Positions 30,891-40,523 are shown, counted from the stretch's first letter. The stretch: 64,000 nucleotides of DNA from Nostoc sp. DedSLP01 (GCA_034530875.2 JAVRCJ020000012.1:64001-128000), one strand, 5' to 3'. Notes: generated by a model not told the origin, from the letters alone. Translations and numbers: made by a program.

Positions 30891-31773
30891 TTGCTACCTT
30901 CTCTAACTGTAAATGCGGCCAATTAGTTTCATCAGTTCCAAATTGTGTTAAAAAAGCAAATATCCATCGTTCGATTCCGAAGGCTACACAGCCAGAGAAA
31001 GCATCTTGACCGTCTCGCTGAATTTGAAATGTTTCTCCAAAATAATTTCGATGGAAATTGACTGAGCCAATAGCCAGACTATTTTGAAATACCATTTCTG
31101 TTTTTACTGGTGCTAGCTTTTGCGCTAAATATTTAGGATTTTGCAAAGGATTAAAAAATGGATCTGTTGCTTCATCCCAGTCAATTGGCAGGTTAATTGT
31201 AGTAAATAAATGTTCTAATTTTTGTCGATAGTTATCCAAAAATACTTTCACTTCATCTGCTGTGCCAATACATACAATTTCTCGCATAGAAAAATTCCAT
31301 TGGCGTTCGAGGGGTCGATAATATGACTCTCGTCGAAAACAATTTCCTCTAGTTGTCAAGTACTTTGGTCTATTGAGATTCTGTCCTTGAAATTGAATGT
31401 AAAAGTGATAGCAGGCTGCTGGTGTGAGAACATCCCGAATTGGCCCTGGTGCTGTCAATTGGACTTCTCCGGCTGCTGAAATAGGTTGTCCCTCAGCAAA
31501 AGTCTTTAAATTCTTTTCCTCTGGATTTAGGAAAACTGGAAATGTGACTAAATGAGGAAAAGAACGAAAATATTCTAGGCGTTCTAGTTCGCGTGCAGAA
31601 ATAAAAGTTGGAAACAGATGTTCTTGAGCAGTACATTCTCTAGCCAAGCTGATAAAAAACTGGTCGAGTTTGTGATAAAGCTTGAGCAAATTACCGCTAA
31701 ATGCTGATTGACCATTGGGAAACCAACGATAATCTGCTAGGTTTTCAAAGTTAATTTTAGTGTTATTTTCCAT
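30883..31773 (-). CDS. Amino acid:[carrier protein] ligase (class II SerRS catalytic-core homolog)
   Basis: YFRSFPH, TPAACYHFY, motif 2 CFRRE...RQWNFSMRE, motif 3 SGCVAFGIERW; no tRNA-binding domain. Confidence 0.85.
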   Translation of the reverse strand: MENNTKINFENLADYRWFPNGQSAFSGNLLKLYHKLDQFFISLARECTAQEHLFPTFISARELERLEYFRSFPHLVTFPVFLNPEEKNLKTFAEGQPISAAGEVQLTAPGPIRDVLTPAACYHFYIQFQGQNLNRPKYLTTRGNCFRRESYYRPLERQWNFSMREIVCIGTADEVKVFLDNYRQKLEHLFTTINLPIDWDEATDPFFNPLQNPKYLAQKLAPVKTEMVFQNSLAIGSVNFHRNYFGETFQIQRDGQDAFSGCVAFGIERWIFAFLTQFGTDETNWPHLQLEKVANV

Positions 31774-32026
31774 TGGTTACCTCTTGAAAAAAATTGTGGT
31801 GTATGGCGTTAATATCTCGAAAAACCTTGTGTTTGATATTAGAGAAGTTAATGGGGCGATCGCTTAATTGTTCGATAAACAAAAGTAGTTCCATTACTTG
31901 CAGTGAAGAAATAATTCTACGTTCAATAATGGGTGTATCATCCTTGAGTTCATCGCTTTGAATCTTGCCATTTGTATTCACTATCCATTCATGCAATGCC
32001 TGTTTAATTTCTAATTCAGTTTTCAT
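31763..32026 (-). CDS. Carrier protein, probable partner of the ligase
   Basis: 87 aa from ATG 32026 (ATGA overlap); DDTPIIERRIISSLQVMELLLFIE. Confidence 0.8.
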   Translation of the reverse strand: MKTELEIKQALHEWIVNTNGKIQSDELKDDTPIIERRIISSLQVMELLLFIEQLSDRPINFSNIKHKVFRDINAIHHNFFQEVTNGK

Positions 32027-32883
32027 AACGCAGGTTCCTCTTCTAAAATGCCAGCATCTACAAAAAACCGAATACATTTAGCTGAGATTTCTTGTCGATG
32101 TTTTTGGCATTGAGGATGTGAAAAAGCCTTTTCTCTGACTTCATAAGGTTTTTCTAGACCAGCATCTTTATACACATCTGGGTTATAATATTCTGCCCAA
32201 GTTCCCACAAAATAATTTTGTAAATATTTGCGGATATTTTGCAGAGTTTCTGCTGACCATGAGGTGGAATAGCGGTCAAAAAGTTCTTTGACGATTTGAC
32301 GACCAAATATCAGATGACGTACTTCTTCTTGATGATGAAAAAGATTGATTTGGCGTGCAAGAGGAACTAGACTTTCATCTTGTGACATCCTCCAGTTATA
32401 CACATCCACGATTTCTTCAAAAATTACAACTTTAGTGAAAAATAGAAAGTCTTCTTCACCGACTTCATATTCTCGTGGAAATGCAATCTTTTTATTTCGA
32501 TATATCTTTCCAGCATATTTCTTGCAGAAACCGCCAAAATGTAGCATGTGCTTGTTCTCTTCATCTAAAAAATGATGCAGATAAGCAGAATATGAGCTTT
32601 TATCTGGTTCGTATAGCCGTTGGGACAGCCCTGATATCAGTGCCTTTTCACCATGAATATTGAGGCTGAAAAAATTGACTGCTTCGTAAAAACTAAGCCT
32701 TTTCTGCTCAATCTCCGTCAAATTTTCATAGAATTCAGTGCCGTAAAGTGAGATTAATTGCGGACTCGTAAACCATTGTTCTAAGTCGAGAACTTCCGGC
32801 CACTCCAAATATACGTAAGGATTGATATATTTTTTTCTGGAAGCATCACAAAGTTTTTCAACTACATTAGTTAATCTGTCCAT
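32023..32883 (-). CDS. AurF/CmlI-like diiron oxygenase
   Basis: HGE...DEENKH...FEE...HHQEEVRH ligand pattern. Confidence 0.82.
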   Translation of the reverse strand: MDRLTNVVEKLCDASRKKYINPYVYLEWPEVLDLEQWFTSPQLISLYGTEFYENLTEIEQKRLSFYEAVNFFSLNIHGEKALISGLSQRLYEPDKSSYSAYLHHFLDEENKHMLHFGGFCKKYAGKIYRNKKIAFPREYEVGEEDFLFFTKVVIFEEIVDVYNWRMSQDESLVPLARQINLFHHQEEVRHLIFGRQIVKELFDRYSTSWSAETLQNIRKYLQNYFVGTWAEYYNPDVYKDAGLEKPYEVREKAFSHPQCQKHRQEISAKCIRFFVDAGILEEEPAL

Positions 32884-32886
32884 TGT

Positions 32887-33837
32887 TTAAATTTTCTCCA
32901 AAATTACAGATTGCCAGTTCAAGCCATAACCTGCCATAACCAACATGATGCGATCGCCTGATTTAATTTTTCCTGAGTTCATTAACCATGTAAGATTAAT
33001 AATGTTATCGCCACTAATTACATGACCCGCTTCTGGTAGTGATTGAAAGTAAACTCGCTCTGGATCGAACTTGAGAATACGAGACAATATCTGCCAAGCA
33101 TTAATGTGAGTATTTTGACTAACAATCCAATCTATTTGTCCTATCTCCAGATTAGTTTTTCTCAATATTTCTTGAATGAGCCGATAGGTATAACTAAAAT
33201 AACTTCCTACTGTTTCATCATCTGAGGCCAGATACATTGCTCCGTTGGTAATTGCATGGTTAGCAATTAATCGAAAACCTGCTGGCTCATGAGAAACTAT
33301 ACAAGCAGCTGCTCCATCAGAAATAAGATTATATGCTTGTTCGTATAAAGCTTCTTGGGGAAATCTATCTGATGTTACACATAAAACGCGCTTCACATCT
33401 GGTTCGCATAACAAAAGCATTTTAGCTAAATGCAAAGAACCTAACATTCCCGTACAAGCCTGCTGATTTAATCCAATCACAGTTGCTCTTTCTATCCCGA
33501 AATCGCTCTGCAAATGACTTGCTGGGAAATCCATTAAATACTTAACATCTCTAGTTTCTTGAAACTTTTCATAGTAACCGATATTCCCATTCATCGGAAT
33601 ACAAGTAGAATAAACAATTGCTCCAATATCACCTAAATCATCTTGAATTTTCTCAATTGCCAACTTTGCTAAATCGTAAGCATTAGTCTTTGACGAACAA
33701 ACATAATGTTTGCGAAATCCAGCTTCTTGTAAAACCGAAGTAGTTGAAAGTGTTCTTCCCTGGGCTACTGCTTCCTCTACAGTATATGTTTCATCACCTA
33801 AAACATAAGAAAAATTATTGACAAATACTTCATTCAT
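32887..33837 (-). CDS. FabH/KAS III-like condensing enzyme with non-canonical active site
   Basis: QQACTG Cys, SDGAAA, SQNTH in place of PHQAN, GHVISGD in place of GNTS, AGYGLNW. Confidence 0.85.
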   Translation of the reverse strand: MNEVFVNNFSYVLGDETYTVEEAVAQGRTLSTTSVLQEAGFRKHYVCSSKTNAYDLAKLAIEKIQDDLGDIGAIVYSTCIPMNGNIGYYEKFQETRDVKYLMDFPASHLQSDFGIERATVIGLNQQACTGMLGSLHLAKMLLLCEPDVKRVLCVTSDRFPQEALYEQAYNLISDGAAACIVSHEPAGFRLIANHAITNGAMYLASDDETVGSYFSYTYRLIQEILRKTNLEIGQIDWIVSQNTHINAWQILSRILKFDPERVYFQSLPEAGHVISGDNIINLTWLMNSGKIKSGDRIMLVMAGYGLNWQSVILEKI

Positions 33838-33839
33838 AG

Positions 33840-34412
33840 TTATTTAGTTTCCAATTTCGGAAAAAATCTACCTGTATGTTTGATATAAGCTTTATACTCG
33901 GCTCCAAATTCAGATGCTGACAAGCGTTTTTCTTCTCTAGCCGCAGTTATATTTAACGCTACTAATCCATAAATCAAGGTGAATATTGTTCCTGGATGGG
34001 GATATAAAATAAATCCTCCCAAAAGACTTAAGAGAAAAGATGTATAAAAGGGATGGCGGATTTTGCCATAAGCGCCATAAGTCACAATGTGTTTTGGCCG
34101 ATCGTTATTTTGATGCCACAAGGAAAGGGGAATTCGATGGGTACCAAGAGTAAAGAAAATTAAAGAAATAGAAGCAACGCTAAATGGCACAGATAACAAA
34201 TCATTGTGAAAATTCCATAACTGCCCGTACTTTAAGAGTGGCGTTACCAATTTGAAATAGGAATTTAAAAGCAACAATGGGCACAGAAGGAAAGGAGCAG
34301 CTGTACTCCACCACTTAAGATTTTTGCGGCCATCTTGTCTAAAGAATACATAAGGTAGGCTGCCAATCACTAGGAAATCGATCGCATAGAGCAGTAAAAC
34401 AGATTCATTCAT
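33840..34412 (-). CDS. Isoprenylcysteine carboxyl methyltransferase (ICMT/PEMT)-family membrane methyltransferase
   Basis: GAYGKIRHPFY, REEKRL, FGAEYKAY...RFFP; several TM helices. Confidence 0.85.
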   Translation of the reverse strand: MNESVLLLYAIDFLVIGSLPYVFFRQDGRKNLKWWSTAAPFLLCPLLLLNSYFKLVTPLLKYGQLWNFHNDLLSVPFSVASISLIFFTLGTHRIPLSLWHQNNDRPKHIVTYGAYGKIRHPFYTSFLLSLLGGFILYPHPGTIFTLIYGLVALNITAAREEKRLSASEFGAEYKAYIKHTGRFFPKLETK

Positions 34413-34416
34413 TTTT

Positions 34417-36105
34417 TTACTCCAAAGTATTTATCCATTCAAGAACTAGTGGACGCTTGATTTTACGAGTGGAGGTTTTTGGTAAAGCTTCTAAGTGCAT
34501 GAATATGCGTGATGGTCGTTTATAAGACGCTAGATTTGTAGCTAAGTTGGCAATCTCTCGTTCAATTTCTCTTAATAAAGCTTCGGGTTTTGTTTGTAGT
34601 TCTTGTTTGATGAAGTCAGAGGGAACAACTACAGCGCAAACTTCTTCGGTATCTTTCTTGATTCCATATTTCGCTAGTCTGCCTAGTACACAAATTTCTT
34701 GAATTGCAGGACTCTTAGACAAAATAGCTTCTACTTCTTCAGGATTAACTTTTTTACTACCTCCTAAAACAATCAGATTTTTAATCCGTCCTGTAATGTG
34801 GAGAAATCCATCAGCATCAATAACCCCCAAATCGCCTGTATGAAACCATCCATCCCGATCTAAAACTTGCCTGGTTAACTCTTCACTTTTGTAATACCCT
34901 TTCATCACATGAGGGCCGCGAGTCAAAACTTCACCTTGAGTTTGTTCTGGTTCTGGGGAATCAATTTTGATTTCTACACCAGGCAGAGGTTTACCAACAG
35001 AGCCAATACGATTGGCTTTTGGACTGTTAACGCAGATTACTGGCCCAGTCTCTGTTAGTCCGTAACCTTGAATGATTGGTAACCCAATTTGCTCAAAAAA
35101 GCCGGCCACATCCATATCAAGAGCAGCGCCGCCTGAGATAAAAAGGCGGAATTTACCACCAAATTTCTGATGTATTGGGAAGAAAATTATTCGTCGAGCC
35201 GTTTGCCAAGGTAACTTCTTAGCCAAGGTCATAGCACCTTGAAACCATAAGCGTTTTAGTGGCGTACCACGAACGACTTCTTTTTGAATACTGTTGTAGA
35301 GGGTTTTAAAAAATAATGGTACTCCCAGGATTGCTGTAATCTGACGCTCCTGCATCATCTGTAAAATGTCCTGTGGATAGAGGCTTTGAGCATAACAAAC
35401 TGTGCCTCCTGCATAAAGCACACTGAGCAAACCTCCACTCAACTCCAGAAGATGGTTGAGCGGCAAAATCGATAGAAAAGAGTCATTAGGCCCGATTCCT
35501 ACAAGCTTTCCGAGTGTTTCAGCCTCAAAAATCAAATTTCTAAATGCGATCGCCACACCCTTTGGTTTACCCGTGGTTCCAGAGGTGTAAATGATACTAG
35601 CTACTTCATCCAACTGGCGTTCTTGGAATTGCAGAATGTCTTGAGATTGTATTGATTCAGATGGTAAATCAATCGCTACTTTTTCTAATGTCAATACTTG
35701 TGCAATAGAAACAACACTACTTTTTAATTTGTCAGCAATATTTTGATGAGACAAAGATGTTAAGAGTATTTGAGGAACACAATCACTAAGTATTGAGTTC
35801 AGTTCAGTTTCACTTAACTTGATATCTAAAGGAACTACAATCGCACCTGCCAAAAATCCGGCAAATAATCCAATACTCCATTCGGGTCGAGATTCTGAGA
35901 GAATAGCGATGCGATCGCCAGGCTGGATACCAGACTCAATCAGATAATTAGCCAGATTACAGGCTCTTTGTCCAAGTTCTGCATAGCTCAAATTCTGCCA
36001 ATTGTCGCCGTTTTTTATACAAAGAGCTGTTTTCGATCCAAACTGCTCTAATTTACTTTTCAACAAGCTTAAAACACTATTTGTAATAGGATAATCATCT
36101 TTCAT
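34417..36105 (-). CDS. Long-chain acyl-CoA/acyl-ACP synthetase (AMP-binding)
   Basis: YTSGTTGKPKG, QGYGLTET, GWFHTGDLG, GRIKNLI, PKTSTRK. Confidence 0.9.
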   Translation of the reverse strand: MKDDYPITNSVLSLLKSKLEQFGSKTALCIKNGDNWQNLSYAELGQRACNLANYLIESGIQPGDRIAILSESRPEWSIGLFAGFLAGAIVVPLDIKLSETELNSILSDCVPQILLTSLSHQNIADKLKSSVVSIAQVLTLEKVAIDLPSESIQSQDILQFQERQLDEVASIIYTSGTTGKPKGVAIAFRNLIFEAETLGKLVGIGPNDSFLSILPLNHLLELSGGLLSVLYAGGTVCYAQSLYPQDILQMMQERQITAILGVPLFFKTLYNSIQKEVVRGTPLKRLWFQGAMTLAKKLPWQTARRIIFFPIHQKFGGKFRLFISGGAALDMDVAGFFEQIGLPIIQGYGLTETGPVICVNSPKANRIGSVGKPLPGVEIKIDSPEPEQTQGEVLTRGPHVMKGYYKSEELTRQVLDRDGWFHTGDLGVIDADGFLHITGRIKNLIVLGGSKKVNPEEVEAILSKSPAIQEICVLGRLAKYGIKKDTEEVCAVVVPSDFIKQELQTKPEALLREIEREIANLATNLASYKRPSRIFMHLEALPKTSTRKIKRPLVLEWINTLE

Positions 36106-36135
36106 ATCCAGTACTTTTTCGATAGTTGTGATTAA

Positions 36136-37932
36136 TTAAGCAACTTCAGAAGCTTCAATTTCGGATTTGTCTGAACTAATTTGGTTCAGATTATAAATCC
36201 ACTTACCAACAACATTTAGGTTATCTGCAAGAAACTGCGATCGACAGATATGGCGTTGTAATTTACCACTAGAAGTCTTGAGAATACTCCCCATTTTCAC
36301 CAAAACTACAGCATATATCTGCAAACCATGCTCTTTTGCAACTGATTGACGAATAGCCGCAACCATCCGATCGAGATTCACATCCCGATAATGACGCTCA
36401 ATCTCCTGAACAACTACCAACTGCTCAAGGCCATTTACTGCAATGGTAAAAGCTACACCACAGCCCAAGCGCAGTTTAGGATTAGTCTTTTGCACCGTCA
36501 GTTCTATATCGTGAGGATAATAACTACAGCCATCTAAGACAATCAAATCTTGCAAGTATCCGATGACAAACAATTCACCATTACTAAAAAATCCCAAATC
36601 ACCGGTACGGAAAAAAGGCTCTGACGCTGCACTAGCATTGGTATCTGCTAAGTAAGCTTGGAAAGCACTCTTTGTTTGTTCTGGCTGGTTCCAATAACCT
36701 TGGGTAATATTAGACCCAGATAACCAAATCTCCCCTACTTGTTCGGGTAGACATGGGACTAACTTATTGGGATCGACAATTAATATTTTTTGGTCAGATA
36801 CTGTTTGTCCGCAACTGACGAATTTTTTCGTGTTTCGATCCTCTAGCGCTGTTGGCACTATCTGATTATGCTTGAGCGCTTCTTTTTGAAAAGACTGAAT
36901 CACAGGGGAAGTGGTTTTCGCTCCTCCGGAAACGAATAAAGTTGCTTCACCCAAACCATAACAAGGATAAAAAGCCTCTCTTTGGAAGCCACAGGGTTCA
37001 AAAGCTTCTGCAAATTGGTCTAATGTCTCAGCACGAATAGGCTCTGAGCCAATAAAAGCCAGATCCCAACTACTCAGGTCTAGGAGTTTCTTTTGTTCGG
37101 AACTGATACTGCGAACGCATAAATCATAACCAAAATTAGGCCCTCCGCTAGTATTAACTTTGTAACGAGAAATTGCCTCTAACCATTGAAATGGCTGCTG
37201 TACAAATGTCATTGGTGACATAAGTATGCAGGGAATACCTACATACAGAGGCTGTAATATATTTCCGATCAGACCCATATCATGGTAGGGAGGCAACCAG
37301 CCTGCAACAATAGACTGTTGTGTATGCTGGAAAGCTTCTTGAATCATGCTTTCGTTGTAGAGTATGTTCCCATGACTCACCATTATTCCTTTTGGTGTGG
37401 CTGTAGATCCTGATGTGTATTGCAGAAATGCCAACGTATCGCTGTTGATTATTGGTTCTTCCCAGTCTAAAACCTCATCATTGTTCGGGTTATCGGTTAT
37501 TAGCCAATGCAATGAAGCCAACTCCGGAGTTGCGGAAAATTGCTCTTTTAAGCTAGTCAATACAGATGTGGTAGTTAGTGCTACTGTAGCTTGAGCATCT
37601 TTGATAATTGCCATCAATCTGGAGACTTTTTGCCGACTGGGTGGATAAGCTGGAACTGCAACTACCTTGGCATACAAACATCCAAAGAAGGCAGCAATGT
37701 AGTCTAATCCTGGTGGATAGAGGAGTAGTGCGCGTTCGCCAGTAGCTTTCATCGATTGTAATTGTACTGCGATCGCTCTGGCCTGTGATTCTAACTCTCG
37801 ATAACTTAGACGAGCTAATTCTATGCCGTTGTTTTGCAGAAAAATATAAGCAATTTGGTCTGCTTGTTCTTGAGATCTGTAAGATAGAAGATCGGTTAAA
37901 GTAGAAAATTTATACATAACTGTTACCAACAA
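36136..37932 (-). CDS. Fatty acyl-AMP ligase (FAAL)
   Basis: LLLYPPGLDYIAAFFGCLYA, FLQYTSGST, WLPPYHDMGLIG, PCYGLGEATL, FRTGDLG, KTSSGK; start may be ATG 37917. Confidence 0.9.
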   Translation of the reverse strand: MLVTVMYKFSTLTDLLSYRSQEQADQIAYIFLQNNGIELARLSYRELESQARAIAVQLQSMKATGERALLLYPPGLDYIAAFFGCLYAKVVAVPAYPPSRQKVSRLMAIIKDAQATVALTTTSVLTSLKEQFSATPELASLHWLITDNPNNDEVLDWEEPIINSDTLAFLQYTSGSTATPKGIMVSHGNILYNESMIQEAFQHTQQSIVAGWLPPYHDMGLIGNILQPLYVGIPCILMSPMTFVQQPFQWLEAISRYKVNTSGGPNFGYDLCVRSISSEQKKLLDLSSWDLAFIGSEPIRAETLDQFAEAFEPCGFQREAFYPCYGLGEATLFVSGGAKTTSPVIQSFQKEALKHNQIVPTALEDRNTKKFVSCGQTVSDQKILIVDPNKLVPCLPEQVGEIWLSGSNITQGYWNQPEQTKSAFQAYLADTNASAASEPFFRTGDLGFFSNGELFVIGYLQDLIVLDGCSYYPHDIELTVQKTNPKLRLGCGVAFTIAVNGLEQLVVVQEIERHYRDVNLDRMVAAIRQSVAKEHGLQIYAVVLVKMGSILKTSSGKLQRHICRSQFLADNLNVVGKWIYNLNQISSDKSEIEASEVA

Positions 37933-38160
37933 AGAATTGGCGTAAAACTTTTTAGTCTGATGATGTCGATCGACTTTGATTAGTTTGATGGTTTATACCA
38001 TTTCACTTGAAAAATAATAATTTAAATTGCTTTTAATACCTTCTAGACACTACTAGTTGTACTTTTTTATAAAAATATCGGTTGATTTGCTAACAAGTAA
38101 GTCCTTGTATCGCTTATTATTCTGTTTATTAATTATAATTTATAGGTTTTACATACTAAC

Positions 38161-38655
38161 CTAAACTCTTTGGTTAATATAATTAATAATTTGCTGCACA
38201 GTTGTAAGGGTTTGAGCAGTTTGAGCAGAAATTTCAATGTCAAAAGCTTCTTCTATAGCAACCATTAGTTCTAGCATATCTAAAGAATCTATCCTGAAAT
38301 CTGCTGTTAAATTTGCAATAGGAACAATTTTGTCTGGTTCAATTCCTAATTTATCTGTAATGATACTGGATATTTTTTGAAAAACCCCTAGTTTCTTTAG
38401 CTGGTTGTTATGAAACACAGTTTTAATTTCTTCTGATAGGATTACCACCTCTTTTAAAATTAGAATTATACGTAGGTAACGTTGAATGTTTTCATTATCT
38501 AAAGGATAATTATGATATTTCAACCAATTTCTGCAAATTTGATATGTATTACCGTATAAGTTAAAAGCATCTAAGGTTAAGCCCTCAGAGGATGAATCTT
38601 GAATATTCTTATTAATAAGAGGAATAGTATTTTTTTGGGGTGATTCATTTTGCAT
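38161..38655 (-). CDS. Acyl carrier protein with about 90-aa N-terminal extension
   Basis: C-terminal IDSLDMLELMVAIEEAFDIEI...LTTVQQIINYI. Confidence 0.82.
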   Translation of the reverse strand: MQNESPQKNTIPLINKNIQDSSSEGLTLDAFNLYGNTYQICRNWLKYHNYPLDNENIQRYLRIILILKEVVILSEEIKTVFHNNQLKKLGVFQKISSIITDKLGIEPDKIVPIANLTADFRIDSLDMLELMVAIEEAFDIEISAQTAQTLTTVQQIINYINQRV

Positions 38656-39144
38656 ATAATTATTGAAAAATAGGATTGAACCCTGAAGAGCCGTTGATTT
38701 TAGTTAGGAATAGAATTTGCCACCATTCTATTAGACTCTGCGTTTCAAGTCAGGGGCGTTGTTGGTGGGTAAAGAGTCCAGCGCAAGCGTAGGTGCAGTT
38801 CATCGCAGACATCGCGATCGCCAGTCCCATAACTTCAGTTAAAATCTTTATTATTTCCTCAACTTCGATGACGATTAGCTGACAAGTTGATTTTTAAAGG
38901 TATGCAGCTCCTTTTTAGGACATAATATTAACATCTCTCTAAACAGCTAATATAATGTTGATATTTATCTATGGGTAGTACCCATAAGGGTAATATTTTA
39001 GGCTTTGGAGAAAAATAAGTTTTCGCGTATTGTATGACTCTGTTGGCGAATTCAAAAAGCTCCTGCAAGGTTACTTTTCATAAAATAACCGAGTAAACTA
39101 TATAAGTTTACTGCTGGGAAAACTCAATAACTTTTATTAAGTAG

Positions 39145-39275
39145 ATAAAACTCACATTTGATTGCGTGAAAAAAACAGTACATCCAGACAAGGCTTTTGT
39201 CCTACTCCCTACTCCCCATTCCCTACTCCCTGTCTAGACAAATAAATTCTCCAAATCAAACCGGACTCCCATATA
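39145..39275 (-). mobile_element. TA-ended MITE family with STRR core, copy 2
   Basis: Near-identical to 58739-58869; reverse complement of 17533 and 54074 copies. Confidence 0.8.
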
Positions 39276-39744
39276 CATTATTTCTCTTATGTTTGAACTC
39301 AAGGTAGTTAAGTAGAAGGCAGGAGGCAGTTATTGCTGGAGGCAGAAGGTAAAACCCTCAATAGTAAAAGGTTTCGCTCCTTTAGATTTTACATTTAATT
39401 ATGTCCGCCTACTTAGACATGAATGTAGATTTTTAATTTGTACTTATTAGTTATTGTCAAGCTTTTATCTAGCCTTTATGCCGCATGTCAGTTTTTGTAA
39501 CAGTTTTTAATAACACCTCATCGATCGCAGTCGCTTTAACACACATGCAACAGAAGTTTGACCAGCGGTCGAAGCGATCGCGAGTTTGTTACGCTTACCG
39601 CCGATTGAATTAGGGTGCAAGATTTTGGCAAAGCACTGTCAGAAATCCTTAGCAGCGCAAAGTTGCCCAAAAGAGCTTATGAGTTTTTGCTAACCCAAAA
39701 GTGGATTTTTCAAGCACGATCGAGCCGCGTTGTAATTCTACACT

Positions 39745-39880
39745 CAATACGGTTCGGTTAACGTGTTTATTCCTCGAAGATCTCCCCAACCCCTCGATAA
39801 ATTCGGTGGCTCACAACCCTTTTTTACCCTCTTTTTAATGGGGTCGCCGTAGGCGGGGGGGTCTTAACGGAACCGTATTG
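39745..39880 (+). mobile_element. MITE, CAATAC family, 136 bp
   Basis: 17-bp inverted ends caatacggttcggttaa / ttaacggaaccgtattg (1 mismatch); perfect duplication attctacact (39735-39744, 39881-39890). Confidence 0.88.
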
Positions 39881-39949
39881 ATTCTACACTGGTATACGTA
39901 TCGTTGCTGTCTAGAACAATACCATAAAATTTTCAAGTCTGGGTGTCAT

Positions 39950-40040
39950 CAATACCCTTCAGTTAAGCTTTTTTCTCCCCCCCTGCTTCCTCTGCCTCCT
40001 CTGCTTCCCTTAACAGATAAATTCCTTAACCTAAGTATAT
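39950..40040. mobile_element. Degenerate MITE similar to 3788-3885
   Basis: caatacccttcagttaagc...cctctgcctcctctgc...ataaattccttaacc. Confidence 0.7.
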
Positions 40041-40136
40041 CGAGGTAGAATTAAGAGGTTTTTGTCTTCTTTGTCAAGGAGAATCTAAAAATGTTTCAAA
40101 TCGCAACAAAACATTTTTCAAACATTCTCTAAAGGT

Positions 40137-40203
40137 TTTACTATTTTTCTTTTTATAAAAAAAATTGAGAGGTTAAGACTTTACTATTTTTCTTTTTATA
40201 AAA
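40137..40203. repeat. 24-bp perfect direct repeat at 43-bp spacing
   Basis: tttactatttttctttttataaaa at 40137-40160 and 40180-40203. Confidence 0.8.
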
Positions 40204-40523
40204 GAAATTAATTGGTTTTTTTTTGATTGTTTCAATTTAGTTACTTTAAAATAATTTTAAATTTCAAGTGGCAATTTTAGTCGCTTCATTATATAGATTT
40301 AAAATAGGTATTGTATATATATAAATGACTCCTATTTGATTTTTGCAAAGCTAGGTGGACTTTTTTTCGCTGTTAAGAGTTCCCTATTTCCTGTCTCTAC
40401 TAGCGTTCTGGAGAATTTACTTGCTTAAGTAGGGAGGAGAAAATAGGGAAAATATAATGCAGAAGAAATACTTACTAAGTCTGATTCAAAAATTAAATTA
40501 CGAGTTTGATAAAAGTCAACTTA

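Noticed and set aside
32027..32077. Longer N-terminus of the carrier protein
   Set aside because: Overlaps the diiron gene; the ATGA-coupled start at 32026 fits better
25249..38655. Heterocyst glycolipid or nocuolin-type cluster
   Set aside because: Shares some families (DevBC, FAAL, FabH-like, ICMT) but has no type I PKS/NRPS, and has an aaRS-like ligase I do not associate with those clusters
38700..39730. Coding-like patches at about 38750-38900 and 39520-39730
   Set aside because: Only short interrupted frames with no family I can identify
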